From assembly GCA_019313725.1 (NCBI GenBank), contig JAFDAT010000001.1, positions 1 through 41,520 of the forward strand: DNA of 41,520 bases, read 5' to 3'. The DNA is from Deltaproteobacteria bacterium (GTDB lineage: Bacteria; Desulfobacterota; Desulfobacteria; Desulfobacterales; B30-G6). A program made the translations under genes and the position numbers. This document shows, one piece after another, positions 25,184-34,875 of this stretch (position 1 is its first letter; each line of letters opens with the position of its first letter). The notes beneath the pieces were generated by a model, which saw only the letters and a program-made list of their open reading frames with translations, was not told the origin of the DNA and did not search any database.

Positions 25184-26587
25184 GTGGCAGAATGGTACAC
25201 AAAAAAGCTTGCCGAGTATGCGGTCAACTCGCAGTTCGAAGACTATCCTGCCGAGGTCGTCGAGCGGGCAAAGGTTCTCATTCTCGACCTGATCGGCTGT
25301 ATGTTCGGGGGGTGTCAGACAGGACTGGGAAAAGCCATCGTCAAACCCTTGACATCCATGGGGGGCCAGCCGGAAGCCACCATTGTCGGCGGTGGGGCCA
25401 AGGTGCCGACTATCCAGGCTGCATTTGCCAACGGAACGACAGCCAATGCCCTCGATTATGATGACACCCTGCTGGGCATCGGTCATCCCGGTGCATCGGT
25501 CATTCCGGCGGCGTTGGCAATCGGTGAGTGGAAACACGCCTCAGGCAAAGATGTCCTCAACGCCATTCTGGTGGGTTATGATGTCGGGGATCGAATTGGT
25601 TTGGCTATTCAGCCCAGTTATGAGCGGCTTCAGAACGTCTGGGGTGTCGGCACCTGGCAGACCCTGGGAGCGGCAGCAGCAGCGGCCAGGGTTCTCAATA
25701 TGGATTTAGACAAGACCTTGAACACCTACGGGGTAGCCGGGGCGACGGCACCGCTGCCGAATACCCAGAAATGGGGCTGGGATCTGTCCGAACGCCCGAT
25801 CCATTGGGTCAAGGAACCCACAGGATGGCCTTGCTGGACCGGTACGACGGCAGCCGTTCTTGCAGAAAACGGCTTCATCGGCAACCGCTTTATCCTGGAT
25901 GGTAAAAATGGTTTCTGGATCATGGCCGGATCCGATCAGTGCGATTATGAAAAAATGACCAAGGGCCTGGGAAACGAATATGAAGTAATCGACAATATTG
26001 CCATCAAACCCTATTCATCCTGCCGCTGGCAGCATGCCACACTGGATTGTGTCCAGGAATTGAAGCACGAACACCATCTTTCGCCGGAGTCCATAGAGGC
26101 TGTTGCCGTACACTCTTTCGCATGGGTAAAGACGCATGAAGTTTACAACCCGGCGGACATGGTGGATGCACAATTCTCGATACCCTATACCGTATCCATG
26201 GTGCTTTTAGGTGAACACCCGGGACCTGCCTGGTATACACCGGAAAACATGCAAAGCGATATTGTTGCCCGGATCATGAAAAAAGTGACCGTGGAGACCG
26301 ATTCCGGCATCGATCGGGCCTATTTTGATGAAGACAAGATTTCGGCTCGCGTGAAGATCTCTACGAACAGCGGGGATGCGTTCGAAAAATTCGTCGGAAT
26401 TCCATACGGTGACCCCCGACACCCTATCAGCCAGAGCGATATTGAAGATAAATTTAGAAACCAGGCGTTGTATGTGCTGGGTTCTGAGGATGTTGATAGG
26501 GTCATGGAAGAGATATATGCGTTCGAAAAACTGGAAGATATTTCCGATCTCATGTCGCTTCTCATGGGAAATCCATTGGTAAAATAG
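25184..26587 (+). CDS. MmgE/PrpD-family protein (2-methylcitrate dehydratase-like fold; substrate unknown)
   Basis: 467-aa ORF with a GTG start and SD AGGGAGG. MmgE/PrpD-like N-terminus (YAVNSQFEDYPAEVVERAKVLILDLIGCMFGG...ANGTTANALDYDDT). TAG stop 16 nt before the mttB ATG. Confidence 0.75.
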   Translation: MAEWYTKKLAEYAVNSQFEDYPAEVVERAKVLILDLIGCMFGGCQTGLGKAIVKPLTSMGGQPEATIVGGGAKVPTIQAAFANGTTANALDYDDTLLGIGHPGASVIPAALAIGEWKHASGKDVLNAILVGYDVGDRIGLAIQPSYERLQNVWGVGTWQTLGAAAAAARVLNMDLDKTLNTYGVAGATAPLPNTQKWGWDLSERPIHWVKEPTGWPCWTGTTAAVLAENGFIGNRFILDGKNGFWIMAGSDQCDYEKMTKGLGNEYEVIDNIAIKPYSSCRWQHATLDCVQELKHEHHLSPESIEAVAVHSFAWVKTHEVYNPADMVDAQFSIPYTVSMVLLGEHPGPAWYTPENMQSDIVARIMKKVTVETDSGIDRAYFDEDKISARVKISTNSGDAFEKFVGIPYGDPRHPISQSDIEDKFRNQALYVLGSEDVDRVMEEIYAFEKLEDISDLMSLLMGNPLVK

Positions 26588-26603
26588 ATAGGAGGTAAAA
26601 TTC

Positions 26604-28091
26604 ATGAAACGCAGATTGAAAGCTGGTAAAAACCGCAATTCAGGCTTCAGCCTGAACGTCATGACCGATGATGAGGTTCATGAAGTTCACATGGGCACCC
26701 TGGAAGTGTTGAAGGATGTGGGTATCTTCGTGGAAAGCACGGAAGCCCTAGAGCGTTTTGATGCTGGGGGGTGCGAGGTCGATAAAAAGAACAAGGTGGT
26801 CAAATTCCCCCACTGGGTGGTCGAGGATGCCATTAACGCCGCCCCCGGCGCATATCATGCCTGCGGGCGCAGACCCGAAGACGATGTGCTTCTGGAGGAC
26901 AATCGGGTGACCTTTACCAATTTCGGCGAAGGCATCATGTTCGTGGACCCCTACACCGGGGAACACAGGGAGACAACCAAAGATGATATCGTTAAGGCGT
27001 CCAGAATTATCGATTCCCTGGAAAATATCGAAACCTACGAGCGGGCCATGTGCTCCCACGACAAACCGCCGGAATCCCAGGCCCTGCACAATGCCGAAGC
27101 ATCGCTGACCAACACAACCAAACACCACTGGTTGTGCCCGGTGGACCGTTTTCAGGCCAAGAAAATAACGGAGATGTGCGCCGCCATCGTCGGGGGCAGA
27201 GACGTACTCAAAAAAAGACCGTTGCTCTCTTTTACCACCTGTCCCATCAGCCCCTTGAAACTCCCGGCCCACCATTGCGAAATCGTTATGGAGGCGGCTG
27301 AGAGCTACATGGGGCTCAATGTGGTCGGCATGGCCATGTCGGCGGGCTCCGGCCCGGTACACCTGGCCGGCACGGTGATCATCCAGAATTGCGAGGTTTT
27401 GTCGAGCCTGGTCCTGGCGCAGTTGACCCGCAAGGGAGCACAATTCATCTACGGCAGCTCCACGTGTCCTTTGGATCTGCGCATGGCCACGGCCAGTGTG
27501 GGATCACCCGAGACCGGCATGATCAGCGCGGCGGTAGCACGGCTGGCCCGTTACTACAGCCTGCCCTGCTTCGTCGCCGGTGGGTAGGGCGACAGCAAGC
27601 TGACCGATGCCCAGGCGGGTTTCGAAAAAACCATGACCGGCATGCTTCCCGCATTGGCAGGCGCCAATGTCATCTACGGATTGGGAATGCTGGAAATGGG
27701 CATCACCTTCGACCTGGCACAGCTGGTGTGGGATCACGAAATCGCTGAGATGATTCTGTACGCCATGAAAGGGGTTCCGGTAAACGATACCACCCTTGCC
27801 GTCGATGTCATCAAGGAGATGGGCATCGGCAAGGATTATCTGTCGCATCCCACCACCTTCGAGCACATGCGCTCTCAGTCCCAGGCCCGGCTGATCGACC
27901 GCAGAATGCGCGAAGACTGGGAGGCTGCCGGCAGCACGGATGCCTACAAGCGCTCCCACGACAAGATGATCGACATTCTGGAAACCTATGAACCGCCCAA
28001 GCTTCCGGACGATGTCTTGAAGAACGTCCGTTCCATCGTAGTTGAGGCTGAGAAGGAGTTGGGTGTATATAGCGAAGATAATGAGGAATAA
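26604..28091 (+). CDS. mttB: Trimethylamine:corrinoid methyltransferase (MttB) with one in-frame TAG at codon 328 (candidate pyrrolysine)
   Basis: ORFs 26604..27587 and 27633..28091 are in the same frame and are separated only by TAG 27585-27587. Homology to the two MttB paralogs in this window runs straight across the TAG. The joined length is 495 codons. Strong SD AGGAGGT before ATG 26604. Confidence 0.8.
27585..27587 (+). other. In-frame UAG codon, candidate pyrrolysine recoding site
   Basis: GCC GGT GGG TAG GGC GAC AGC AAG reads A G G * G D S K. The TAG aligns with Ala (AGATDAK) and Cys (GGCTDAK) in the paralogs at 33385..34821 and 36161..37597. Confidence 0.7.
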
Positions 28092-28104
28092 GCAGATAAT
28101 GACA

Positions 28105-28133
28105 TTGACATTTTCACAGGGGCATTGTAAAAA
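28105..28133 (+). promoter_or_regulatory. Putative sigma70-type promoter for the ABC transporter operon
   Basis: TTGACA (28105-28110), 17-nt spacer, TAAAAA (28128-28133). Lies ~130 nt upstream of ATG 28266. Confidence 0.35.
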
Positions 28134-28265
28134 TTTTACTTCATCCCCAGAAACAATTATTCACGTCCTGAGGAATTAACTGCTTCATCAGGAAATGGTG
28201 AATAGTTCGGGTAAAAACCAGTTACATCATCAACTTACATACTCACAAACAGCAAGGAGGAAATC

Positions 28266-30425
28266 ATGCGGGCAAAAAAATTAAACCTATGTGTAGCCAT
28301 TGCAGTTTCACTGATCTTTCTTTTTTCCACGGGCGCACTCGCGGCATCAACGCTTAAACTCGGCGTCATGGGTCCCTTCACCGGTCCATCGGCAAAAACC
28401 GGCGCTGAATTCAAGGGGTCTGTCAAAATGGCCATGGAAAACATCGATTACAAAATCGGTGATTACAAGATAGAACTCGTCTGGATTGACTCCCAGTCAG
28501 ATCCCGCAAAGGCTACAAGCGCCTATGCAGAGGCGGTGGAATCAAAAGGTGTCCAGGTTGCCATGCTGAACTGGCACAGTTCGGTCGCAGCGGCGGTAAT
28601 GGATATAGCGGCCCAGTACAAGGTGCAGCATGTGTTCGGAATGGGCGCGGCTGAGATCGTCAACGAAAAGTACAAATCAGACCCTGAAAAGTACAGTTAC
28701 TGGGCTGCCAAGGGATGGCCAATTCCCGGCGACCTTATCCCGGGTTATGTGGAGAGTGTCAACGCAGCCGTTGCCAGCGGTAAATTCAAACCTGGAAAAA
28801 AAGTAGTCGCCATTTACGGCGAAGAGACCGACTGGGGCCGAAGCGTGGGAGCAGCATTCAAAAAGGGTTTCGAGGCTACCGGATGGAAGATTCTTTCCGA
28901 AGACTACTTCCCCTTCACCCAGACCGATCACTATTCTCTTCTGAGCAAATACAAGAAAGGCGGGGCTGCCGTTCTGGCCGGAACATCCACATCCGCACCT
29001 TCCATCTCGGGTTTTATTAAACAGGCCGATGAGATTGGACTTAAAGCCGTAATCGTTGCCGACGGTCTGGGCTGGAATGCCGACTGGTACAAGATGACCG
29101 GCAATGCTTCAAACCACGTGTTGGACATGATCCCCCGGCTTACCACAAAGGCCGCCCAGGATTGGGCCAAAGCGATAAAGGCTAAATTCGGATACAACCC
29201 GAGTCCTTCGGCATCCGGCCTGTCATACGATTACGCCAATTTCTTCATCAAACTTGCCAAAAGAGCCCTTGAAAAACATGGGAAACTCGACAAGGATTCC
29301 ATCCACGAGGTCGTCATTAGCGAACTCAATACCGGCAAACTGACCTACGGCAAGGCGGACGGCGCCCTTATCATGAATGAGTACAGATATTCAGCGAAAT
29401 CCATACCCGATCCCGTCATTGCCGCGGACGGTTACTTCTTTCCCGTTCTTCAATACATGAACGGAGACAGCAACATCATCTATCCTGATGACTGGAAAAC
29501 AGCCAATTTTTCGGCTAAAGAAAGACGGTATCATTTAGTAAAAACGGTGAGGTCGACCGTAGTCGGCCTCACAGTCAACCATCCCGAAGGAATAAATAAC
29601 CAGCGGTTAAGCGCACGTGTCAACGCCTGGGAACAGATGCGATTATCTTTTCCTATCGGAAAACACAACACACCAAATCACCAAACGGACAGGTGGTTCC
29701 AAATGACTGTAGTGTTAGAAACCAACGAAGTGACCAAACGGTTCGGGGGACTGGTGGCGGTCAACGCTGTCTCCATGCGGGTCAGACAGGGCGAGATCGT
29801 CGGACTGATCGGGCCCAATGGGGCTGGGAAGACAACCCTTCTCAACGCCATAGCAGGTCTCAATCCACCAACATCCGGAACAGTCCGGATGTTCGATGAG
29901 GATACAACCGGCCTGCCGCCGGAAAAAATGTGCCGGAGGGGACTTTCAAGGACCTTCCAGATCCCGCGACCCTTTCCGAAAATGTCGGTTCTTGAAAATA
30001 TCATGACAGCGGCCACCTTCGGCAATAAAAAAAAGCTGCCCGACATTACCGGACACTGCAGGGAACTGATGGAATTTGTGGAATTCCCTCTGGCGGAAAC
30101 CGTCATTTCGGAAAACCTCAACACGGTACAACTGAAACGGCTCGACCTTGCAAGAGCCCTGGCAAGTTCTCCGAAACTACTGTTTCTCGATGAACTTGCG
30201 GCTGGCTTAACTGAGGGTGAGCTGAACGATATCATCAAAATAATAAAAAAAATTCATGACAGGGACATCTCCATTTTGATGGTCGAGCACATTATGCACC
30301 TTATCATGAGTGTATGCGATCGGCTCGTCTGCATCCAGTTTGGAATAAAAATCGCCGAGGGGCCCACCCAGGAGGTGGCAAACGACCCCAAGGTGTCCGA
30401 GGCCTATCTAGGCTCGAGCCATTGA
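28266..30425 (+). CDS. Uninterrupted 719-codon frame: LivJ/K-type periplasmic binding protein module (aa 1-~420, signal peptide) reading through a ~60-aa linker into a LivG-type ATPase
   Basis: Signal peptide MRAKKLNLCVAIAVSLIFLFSTGALA. LivJ-like block LKLGVMGPFTGPSAKTGAEF...IELVWIDSQSDPAKA. There is no in-frame stop before 30423. Both other frames stop at 29516-29518 and 29536-29538, just before a hairpin at 29547-29572, so a probable 1-nt indel has removed the real stop. Confidence 0.6.
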   Translation: MRAKKLNLCVAIAVSLIFLFSTGALAASTLKLGVMGPFTGPSAKTGAEFKGSVKMAMENIDYKIGDYKIELVWIDSQSDPAKATSAYAEAVESKGVQVAMLNWHSSVAAAVMDIAAQYKVQHVFGMGAAEIVNEKYKSDPEKYSYWAAKGWPIPGDLIPGYVESVNAAVASGKFKPGKKVVAIYGEETDWGRSVGAAFKKGFEATGWKILSEDYFPFTQTDHYSLLSKYKKGGAAVLAGTSTSAPSISGFIKQADEIGLKAVIVADGLGWNADWYKMTGNASNHVLDMIPRLTTKAAQDWAKAIKAKFGYNPSPSASGLSYDYANFFIKLAKRALEKHGKLDKDSIHEVVISELNTGKLTYGKADGALIMNEYRYSAKSIPDPVIAADGYFFPVLQYMNGDSNIIYPDDWKTANFSAKERRYHLVKTVRSTVVGLTVNHPEGINNQRLSARVNAWEQMRLSFPIGKHNTPNHQTDRWFQMTVVLETNEVTKRFGGLVAVNAVSMRVRQGEIVGLIGPNGAGKTTLLNAIAGLNPPTSGTVRMFDEDTTGLPPEKMCRRGLSRTFQIPRPFPKMSVLENIMTAATFGNKKKLPDITGHCRELMEFVEFPLAETVISENLNTVQLKRLDLARALASSPKLLFLDELAAGLTEGELNDIIKIIKKIHDRDISILMVEHIMHLIMSVCDRLVCIQFGIKIAEGPTQEVANDPKVSEAYLGSSH
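29703..30425 (+). CDS. Branched-chain-amino-acid-type (HAAT) ABC transporter ATP-binding protein, LivG-like
   Basis: The internal ATG at 29703 has its own SD AGGTGG (29691-29696). Walker A GPNGAGKTT, signature/Walker B region LLFLDELAAGL. Confidence 0.8.
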   Translation: MTVVLETNEVTKRFGGLVAVNAVSMRVRQGEIVGLIGPNGAGKTTLLNAIAGLNPPTSGTVRMFDEDTTGLPPEKMCRRGLSRTFQIPRPFPKMSVLENIMTAATFGNKKKLPDITGHCRELMEFVEFPLAETVISENLNTVQLKRLDLARALASSPKLLFLDELAAGLTEGELNDIIKIIKKIHDRDISILMVEHIMHLIMSVCDRLVCIQFGIKIAEGPTQEVANDPKVSEAYLGSSH

Positions 30426-30485
30426 AATGTATGATAGGTGCAGGGAGTATACTCCCTTATCATCCTTTATCATCCGGAGGATAGA

Positions 30486-31193
30486 ATGCTGCTGGAAGTA
30501 AAAAATATCAACGCCGGCTACGGATTTCTGCAGATCTTAAGAGATGTATCGTTCAATATCGACCAGGGCGAATACGCCTGTGTAATAGGGCCGAACGGTG
30601 CCGGAAAAAGCACAACAATGAAAACCATAGCAGGACTTTTGAGCCCCATGAGCGGCGAGATAATTTTCAACGGTAAAAACATTGCCGGGCTACCGGGCAA
30701 CCAGGTCGCCCGGCTAGGGATAGGCTACATTTCAGAAGATATGAATCTCTTTACCAACATGACCGTTCAAGAAAACCTTTACATGGGCGCGTATGTGATC
30801 AAAGAGAAGGCTCTTAAGAACGACAGGCTCGATTTCGTATACAACCTCTTTACCCGGCTGAAAAATCGCAAAGACCAGTTAGCCGGAACAATGAGCGGCG
30901 GAGAGCGCAAGATGCTGGCCATCGGCAGGGGTCTTATGGCAAACCCGAAACTCCTTCTGGTAGACGAACCGTCATTCGGACTGGCACCACAGCTGATGGA
31001 AAACGTTTTTGACAATCTCGACATTTTAAAAGAGGCTGGTGTTACCATTCTCCTGGTGGAGCAGAATGTGACCAAAGCGCTGCAGGTTACCACGAGGGGT
31101 TATGTGATGGAAAACGGGAAAATCTTCATGAAGGGGCTGAGTTCGGATCTTGCAGATGACCCCCATGTAAGAAAAGTTTTTCTAGGGGTTTAA
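30486..31193 (+). CDS. HAAT ABC transporter ATP-binding protein, LivF-like
   Basis: ATG 30486 is preceded by GGAGG. Walker A GPNGAGKST, signature MSGGERKM, Walker B LLLVDEPS. The ORF-track start at 30438 lacks an RBS. Confidence 0.8.
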   Translation: MLLEVKNINAGYGFLQILRDVSFNIDQGEYACVIGPNGAGKSTTMKTIAGLLSPMSGEIIFNGKNIAGLPGNQVARLGIGYISEDMNLFTNMTVQENLYMGAYVIKEKALKNDRLDFVYNLFTRLKNRKDQLAGTMSGGERKMLAIGRGLMANPKLLLVDEPSFGLAPQLMENVFDNLDILKEAGVTILLVEQNVTKALQVTTRGYVMENGKIFMKGLSSDLADDPHVRKVFLGV

Positions 31194-31218
31194 GAAAAAT
31201 GGCGGAGGGCTTTTTGTT

Positions 31219-32247
31219 ATGACAGAGTCGAAAACCGGGACCGTTATTGTATGGATGAAATCAGCCGGAGGAATAACGGTCACCCTATCAATCTTAATTG
31301 CGATCATCGCCGGCATAGACAGCGGACCGTACATCATCGTCAACACGATCGTAACCGGTGGCATGCTTGCCCTGGTAGCCTTGGGGCTGGCGTTGATATT
31401 CGGTGTTATGAATATTCCCATGTTCGCCCATGGCGAATTTTTTATGATCGGATCATTGACGGCATACTATATATTTACACCTTTGGCTGAATATTTAAAC
31501 ACCAGTCCCAACAGTCTCCTGGCGGCAACCGCACCGCTTATTGCTATTTTGGGTGCAATGATTGTGGGGGCCGTGGCAGGACTTTTGTGTGAACTGCTTA
31601 TCTTTTCCCAGCTTCGCAAAAGGAGCCGTGAAAACTGGGTAATGAATTCATTTCTGCTCACCGTGGGTCTATCGGTTGTTCTGATCAACGCCCACCAGCT
31701 CCTTTTCGGAACGGAGTTCAAGGGGATTGTCCGGTACTGGGGGGGCAGACCCACGGAAATAATGGGGGCATTTGTATCCCGGGACAGAATACTGGTCTTT
31801 GTGCTTGCCATGGTTGTTGTCGGTGTTTTCTGGCTATTTATGAAATACACCAGTACCGGGCGGGCAATTCGAGCAGTATCTCAGGATCAAACAGGTGCGC
31901 TGATGGTAGGAATAAACATAAACGGCATCCTCCTGCTCACCATGGCTTTGGGATGCGCACTCTCCGCCATTGCCGGAGCAGGCCTTCTCTTTCTTTACCC
32001 CTCTTACCCCGCCGTGGGGCTGGAGCCGCTATATCTGGCCTGGTTTGTGGTCATCCTGGTGGGGCTCGGGAACACGGCATTTGCCCTTGTGGGAGGATTC
32101 ATCGTTGCCCTTATAAAAGCGCTGACTGTTGAATATATCGGCGCCGGATGGGATTTCGTGATTCCATCGCTCTTGATTACCGTTGTCCTGGTCTTCAAAC
32201 CGAGCGGACTTTTCGGTTCTGAAGTCAGAGGTGTTCTTGATTTATAG
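31219..32247 (+). CDS. HAAT ABC transporter permease, LivH-like
   Basis: 342-aa polytopic ORF with the LivH-type block IFGVMNIPMFAHGEFFMIGS. TAG stop. Confidence 0.75.
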   Translation: MTESKTGTVIVWMKSAGGITVTLSILIAIIAGIDSGPYIIVNTIVTGGMLALVALGLALIFGVMNIPMFAHGEFFMIGSLTAYYIFTPLAEYLNTSPNSLLAATAPLIAILGAMIVGAVAGLLCELLIFSQLRKRSRENWVMNSFLLTVGLSVVLINAHQLLFGTEFKGIVRYWGGRPTEIMGAFVSRDRILVFVLAMVVVGVFWLFMKYTSTGRAIRAVSQDQTGALMVGININGILLLTMALGCALSAIAGAGLLFLYPSYPAVGLEPLYLAWFVVILVGLGNTAFALVGGFIVALIKALTVEYIGAGWDFVIPSLLITVVLVFKPSGLFGSEVRGVLDL

Positions 32248-32267
32248 GTCTCTCTAAGGATGGTTAA

Positions 32268-33299
32268 ATGAAAACAAACGACTCTAATATGGAATCAGGA
32301 TTGGCAGACAGGATCATGGACAGGCTTTGTCTCACACCGGCAGCGGTTGCCGGAATTATTTTGCTGTTTGTCATTCCTTTTATCCCGCCCTTCAACCAGC
32401 AATACATGATCCGGTGGCTGGTCGCCGCTGCTCTCATAGGCGCCAATGCAATTGCATTTGACTTTACCATCGGCTTTATCAACATTGTAAATTTCGGATA
32501 CTACGCCTTTCTCGGCTTCGGTGGTTACACTTCGGCTATCCTTGCGGTAAACCTGGGACTGTCGCCATGGATCGGCATGATTATCGGTGCCCTCTTTTCA
32601 GGCGTCCTTGGATTGCTGACCGGATTGCTGACCCTGCGCCTCAGAGGGATATTCGCCGCCTGTATGACGTGGTTTCTGGGCCTGGCCATGATGGGGTTGA
32701 TCACAAAAATGGTGTGGCTCACACGCGGCCCACTGGGACTGCGGTGCCCCCAGTTATTCGAAACGTCATCCAATCTCCCGTACTACTACCTGATTTTGTC
32801 CCTGTTAATTGTCATCTATATCTCTACCAAGTGGGTGACAAGATCCAACATGGGTCTGGCTTTCAAGGCTATCGGGCAGAACATGGAGGCCGCCAGAACA
32901 TCGGGAATCAATCCTGTTTTCTACAGAATTGTCAACTTTACACTCTCCTGCACCATCGCGGGGTTGCTGGGAGGATTCTATGCCCACTACTACGGGGTTT
33001 TGACCCCTGAACTGCTGCACACTACCAAAACGGTAGAAGTTCTGGCCGTGGCCTATATCGGTGGACGGGGGAGCCTCTGGGGAGGTGCTTTTATTGCCTT
33101 TCCGTTCATTATTACAATGGAGCTCATACGTTCTTCTCTGTCTGAACTACCAGGACTCAACCTGATCATCTACGGTCTCATGCTGATGTTGGTCATGATT
33201 TACTATCCAGGTGGTTTTGCTGAGTTTTTCAACACCTATCTTGCAAAACCAAAAAACCGGTTCCTGCGTTACTTTTTAAGCGGCATCAAGGATTCTTGA
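32268..33299 (+). CDS. HAAT ABC transporter permease, LivM-like
   Basis: 343-aa polytopic ORF with the LivM-type block LLTLRLRGIFAACMTWFLG. Confidence 0.75.
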   Translation: MKTNDSNMESGLADRIMDRLCLTPAAVAGIILLFVIPFIPPFNQQYMIRWLVAAALIGANAIAFDFTIGFINIVNFGYYAFLGFGGYTSAILAVNLGLSPWIGMIIGALFSGVLGLLTGLLTLRLRGIFAACMTWFLGLAMMGLITKMVWLTRGPLGLRCPQLFETSSNLPYYYLILSLLIVIYISTKWVTRSNMGLAFKAIGQNMEAARTSGINPVFYRIVNFTLSCTIAGLLGGFYAHYYGVLTPELLHTTKTVEVLAVAYIGGRGSLWGGAFIAFPFIITMELIRSSLSELPGLNLIIYGLMLMLVMIYYPGGFAEFFNTYLAKPKNRFLRYFLSGIKDS

Positions 33300-33384
33300 T
33301 ACCCGCAAGCATAACGGACAATTTAAAAAAATATTCCCGGGACATCGGGATCTATTATCAATGATTCAGCCAAAGGAGTACAAT

Positions 33385-34821
33385 ATGGGTATTACCACCG
33401 ATGAACTTTACTTCAAGCCGAAACTCCGGATACTCAGCGATGATCAACTCAAAAAGATCGAAATGGCCGTTTTTGAAGTGCTCGAACGCACCGGCGTTAA
33501 ACTCACCCATCCCAAGGCACGGGATATCCTCAGCGGGGCCGGTGCAAAAGTGGAGGGTGATCGGATTCGGATACCGGGATGGATGGTGGAAGAGGCTATC
33601 CGCAAGACGCCTTCGCGCCTGGTTCTGGGAAACCGTAAAGGCGAACGTGCCGTGGTTCTGGAAGGCGACAAGAGCTGGTTCGGCCCTAGTCTTGACTGCA
33701 TCGATTACCTGGATCCCGTAACCAACGAACGCATGCGCTTTACCAGCGACCATTGCCGTATTTCGGCCACAGTGGCCGATTACTGCGACAATTTTGACTG
33801 GGTAATGACCATCGGCATGGCTGATGACCAACCTGCCGACATTGCCGACCGGGTCGTTGCCCGTCAGACCATGACCTATTGTGAAAAGCCGCTGGTCGTC
33901 TGCTGCAAGGACACCAACAGCATGCGCGACATCTATGAAATGGCGCTTACCATCTGCGGCGGCAAGGAAAAGTTTGACCAGGCCCCCATCGTGGCCCACT
34001 ATTCTGAACCTATTTCTCCGCTCCTCTACTACGATCCGGCTGTGGACAAGATGATCTATTCCGTGGAAAACGACATCCCCCTGATCAATTTTCCGTGTGT
34101 TCAGTCCAGCGGCACGGCACCAGCCACCCTGGCAGGCGCCATCATTCAGGGGGCGGCCGAATCCATCAGCGGTGCCGTCCTGGCCCAGGCCATCAAGCCT
34201 GGAGCACCCTTTGTTTTCGGTGCTTTTGTGACCGTCATGGACATGAAAACCACCGTGTTTTCCTACGGCGCCAGCGAAATGAGCATCATGGTCGGGGCCC
34301 TGGCCCAATTGGCCCAGCATTGGAACATACCATTCTATGGTACTGCCGGTGCTACGGATGCCAAGTTTCCAGATGCCCAGGCAGCTGCCGAGGCCACCCA
34401 GCAGATCATGACCGCCGCCACCGTCGGATCAGGTCTGGTTCACGACTGCAGCAGCTGGATCGATCACGGCTCGGTGGTTTCGCCGGGTTTTATGGTGCTG
34501 GTCAATGAAATTCTCGGAAACGTCAAGCAGTTTATGAATGGCATGCCGGTAACCGACGACAGCATGGCTCTGGATATCATCGATTCCGTCGGGCCGGGAG
34601 GCAATTACCTGATGGAGCAGCACACCCTGGACAATTTCCGCAATGTTCGCTACTCCACCCTGTTTGAGCGCCAGATCCGGCAGGAATGGGAAGATGCCGG
34701 CTCTCAAACTTTTGAAGACCGGTTAAGGGAGCACACCGAAAAAGCCATGGCCCACACACCGGCACCATTGCCGGATGATGTGGTAAAAGAGCTGGATACC
34801 ATGCAGAAGCACTGGAAATAA
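33385..34821 (+). CDS. Non-pyrrolysine MttB-superfamily methyltransferase, paralog A (probable quaternary-amine:corrinoid methyltransferase)
   Basis: 478 aa from ATG 33385 (SD AAGGAG). Collinear, without gaps by eye, with the 478-aa paralog at 36161..37597. Ala occupies the column of the mttB TAG. Confidence 0.75.
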   Translation: MGITTDELYFKPKLRILSDDQLKKIEMAVFEVLERTGVKLTHPKARDILSGAGAKVEGDRIRIPGWMVEEAIRKTPSRLVLGNRKGERAVVLEGDKSWFGPSLDCIDYLDPVTNERMRFTSDHCRISATVADYCDNFDWVMTIGMADDQPADIADRVVARQTMTYCEKPLVVCCKDTNSMRDIYEMALTICGGKEKFDQAPIVAHYSEPISPLLYYDPAVDKMIYSVENDIPLINFPCVQSSGTAPATLAGAIIQGAAESISGAVLAQAIKPGAPFVFGAFVTVMDMKTTVFSYGASEMSIMVGALAQLAQHWNIPFYGTAGATDAKFPDAQAAAEATQQIMTAATVGSGLVHDCSSWIDHGSVVSPGFMVLVNEILGNVKQFMNGMPVTDDSMALDIIDSVGPGGNYLMEQHTLDNFRNVRYSTLFERQIRQEWEDAGSQTFEDRLREHTEKAMAHTPAPLPDDVVKELDTMQKHWK

Positions 34822-34822
34822 T

Positions 34823-34856
34823 AAAAAAGGCCGGGCCACAGGCCCGGCCTTTTTTA
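34823..34856 (+). terminator. Rho-independent terminator (bidirectional-looking)
   Basis: aaaaaaGGCCGGGCCacaGGCCCGGCCtttttt immediately after the paralog A stop. Confidence 0.8.
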
Positions 34857-34875
34857 TTATGGAGGGAGTGGTCGG

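Noticed and set aside
28266-30425. Genuine fusion of a periplasmic binding protein to an ABC ATPase.
   Set aside because: Stops lie in both other frames at the expected gene end, a hairpin follows, the linker looks like junk, and the ATPase has an independent SD and ATG. These all point to a lost stop or frameshift rather than a functional fusion. It is kept as a finding for verification.
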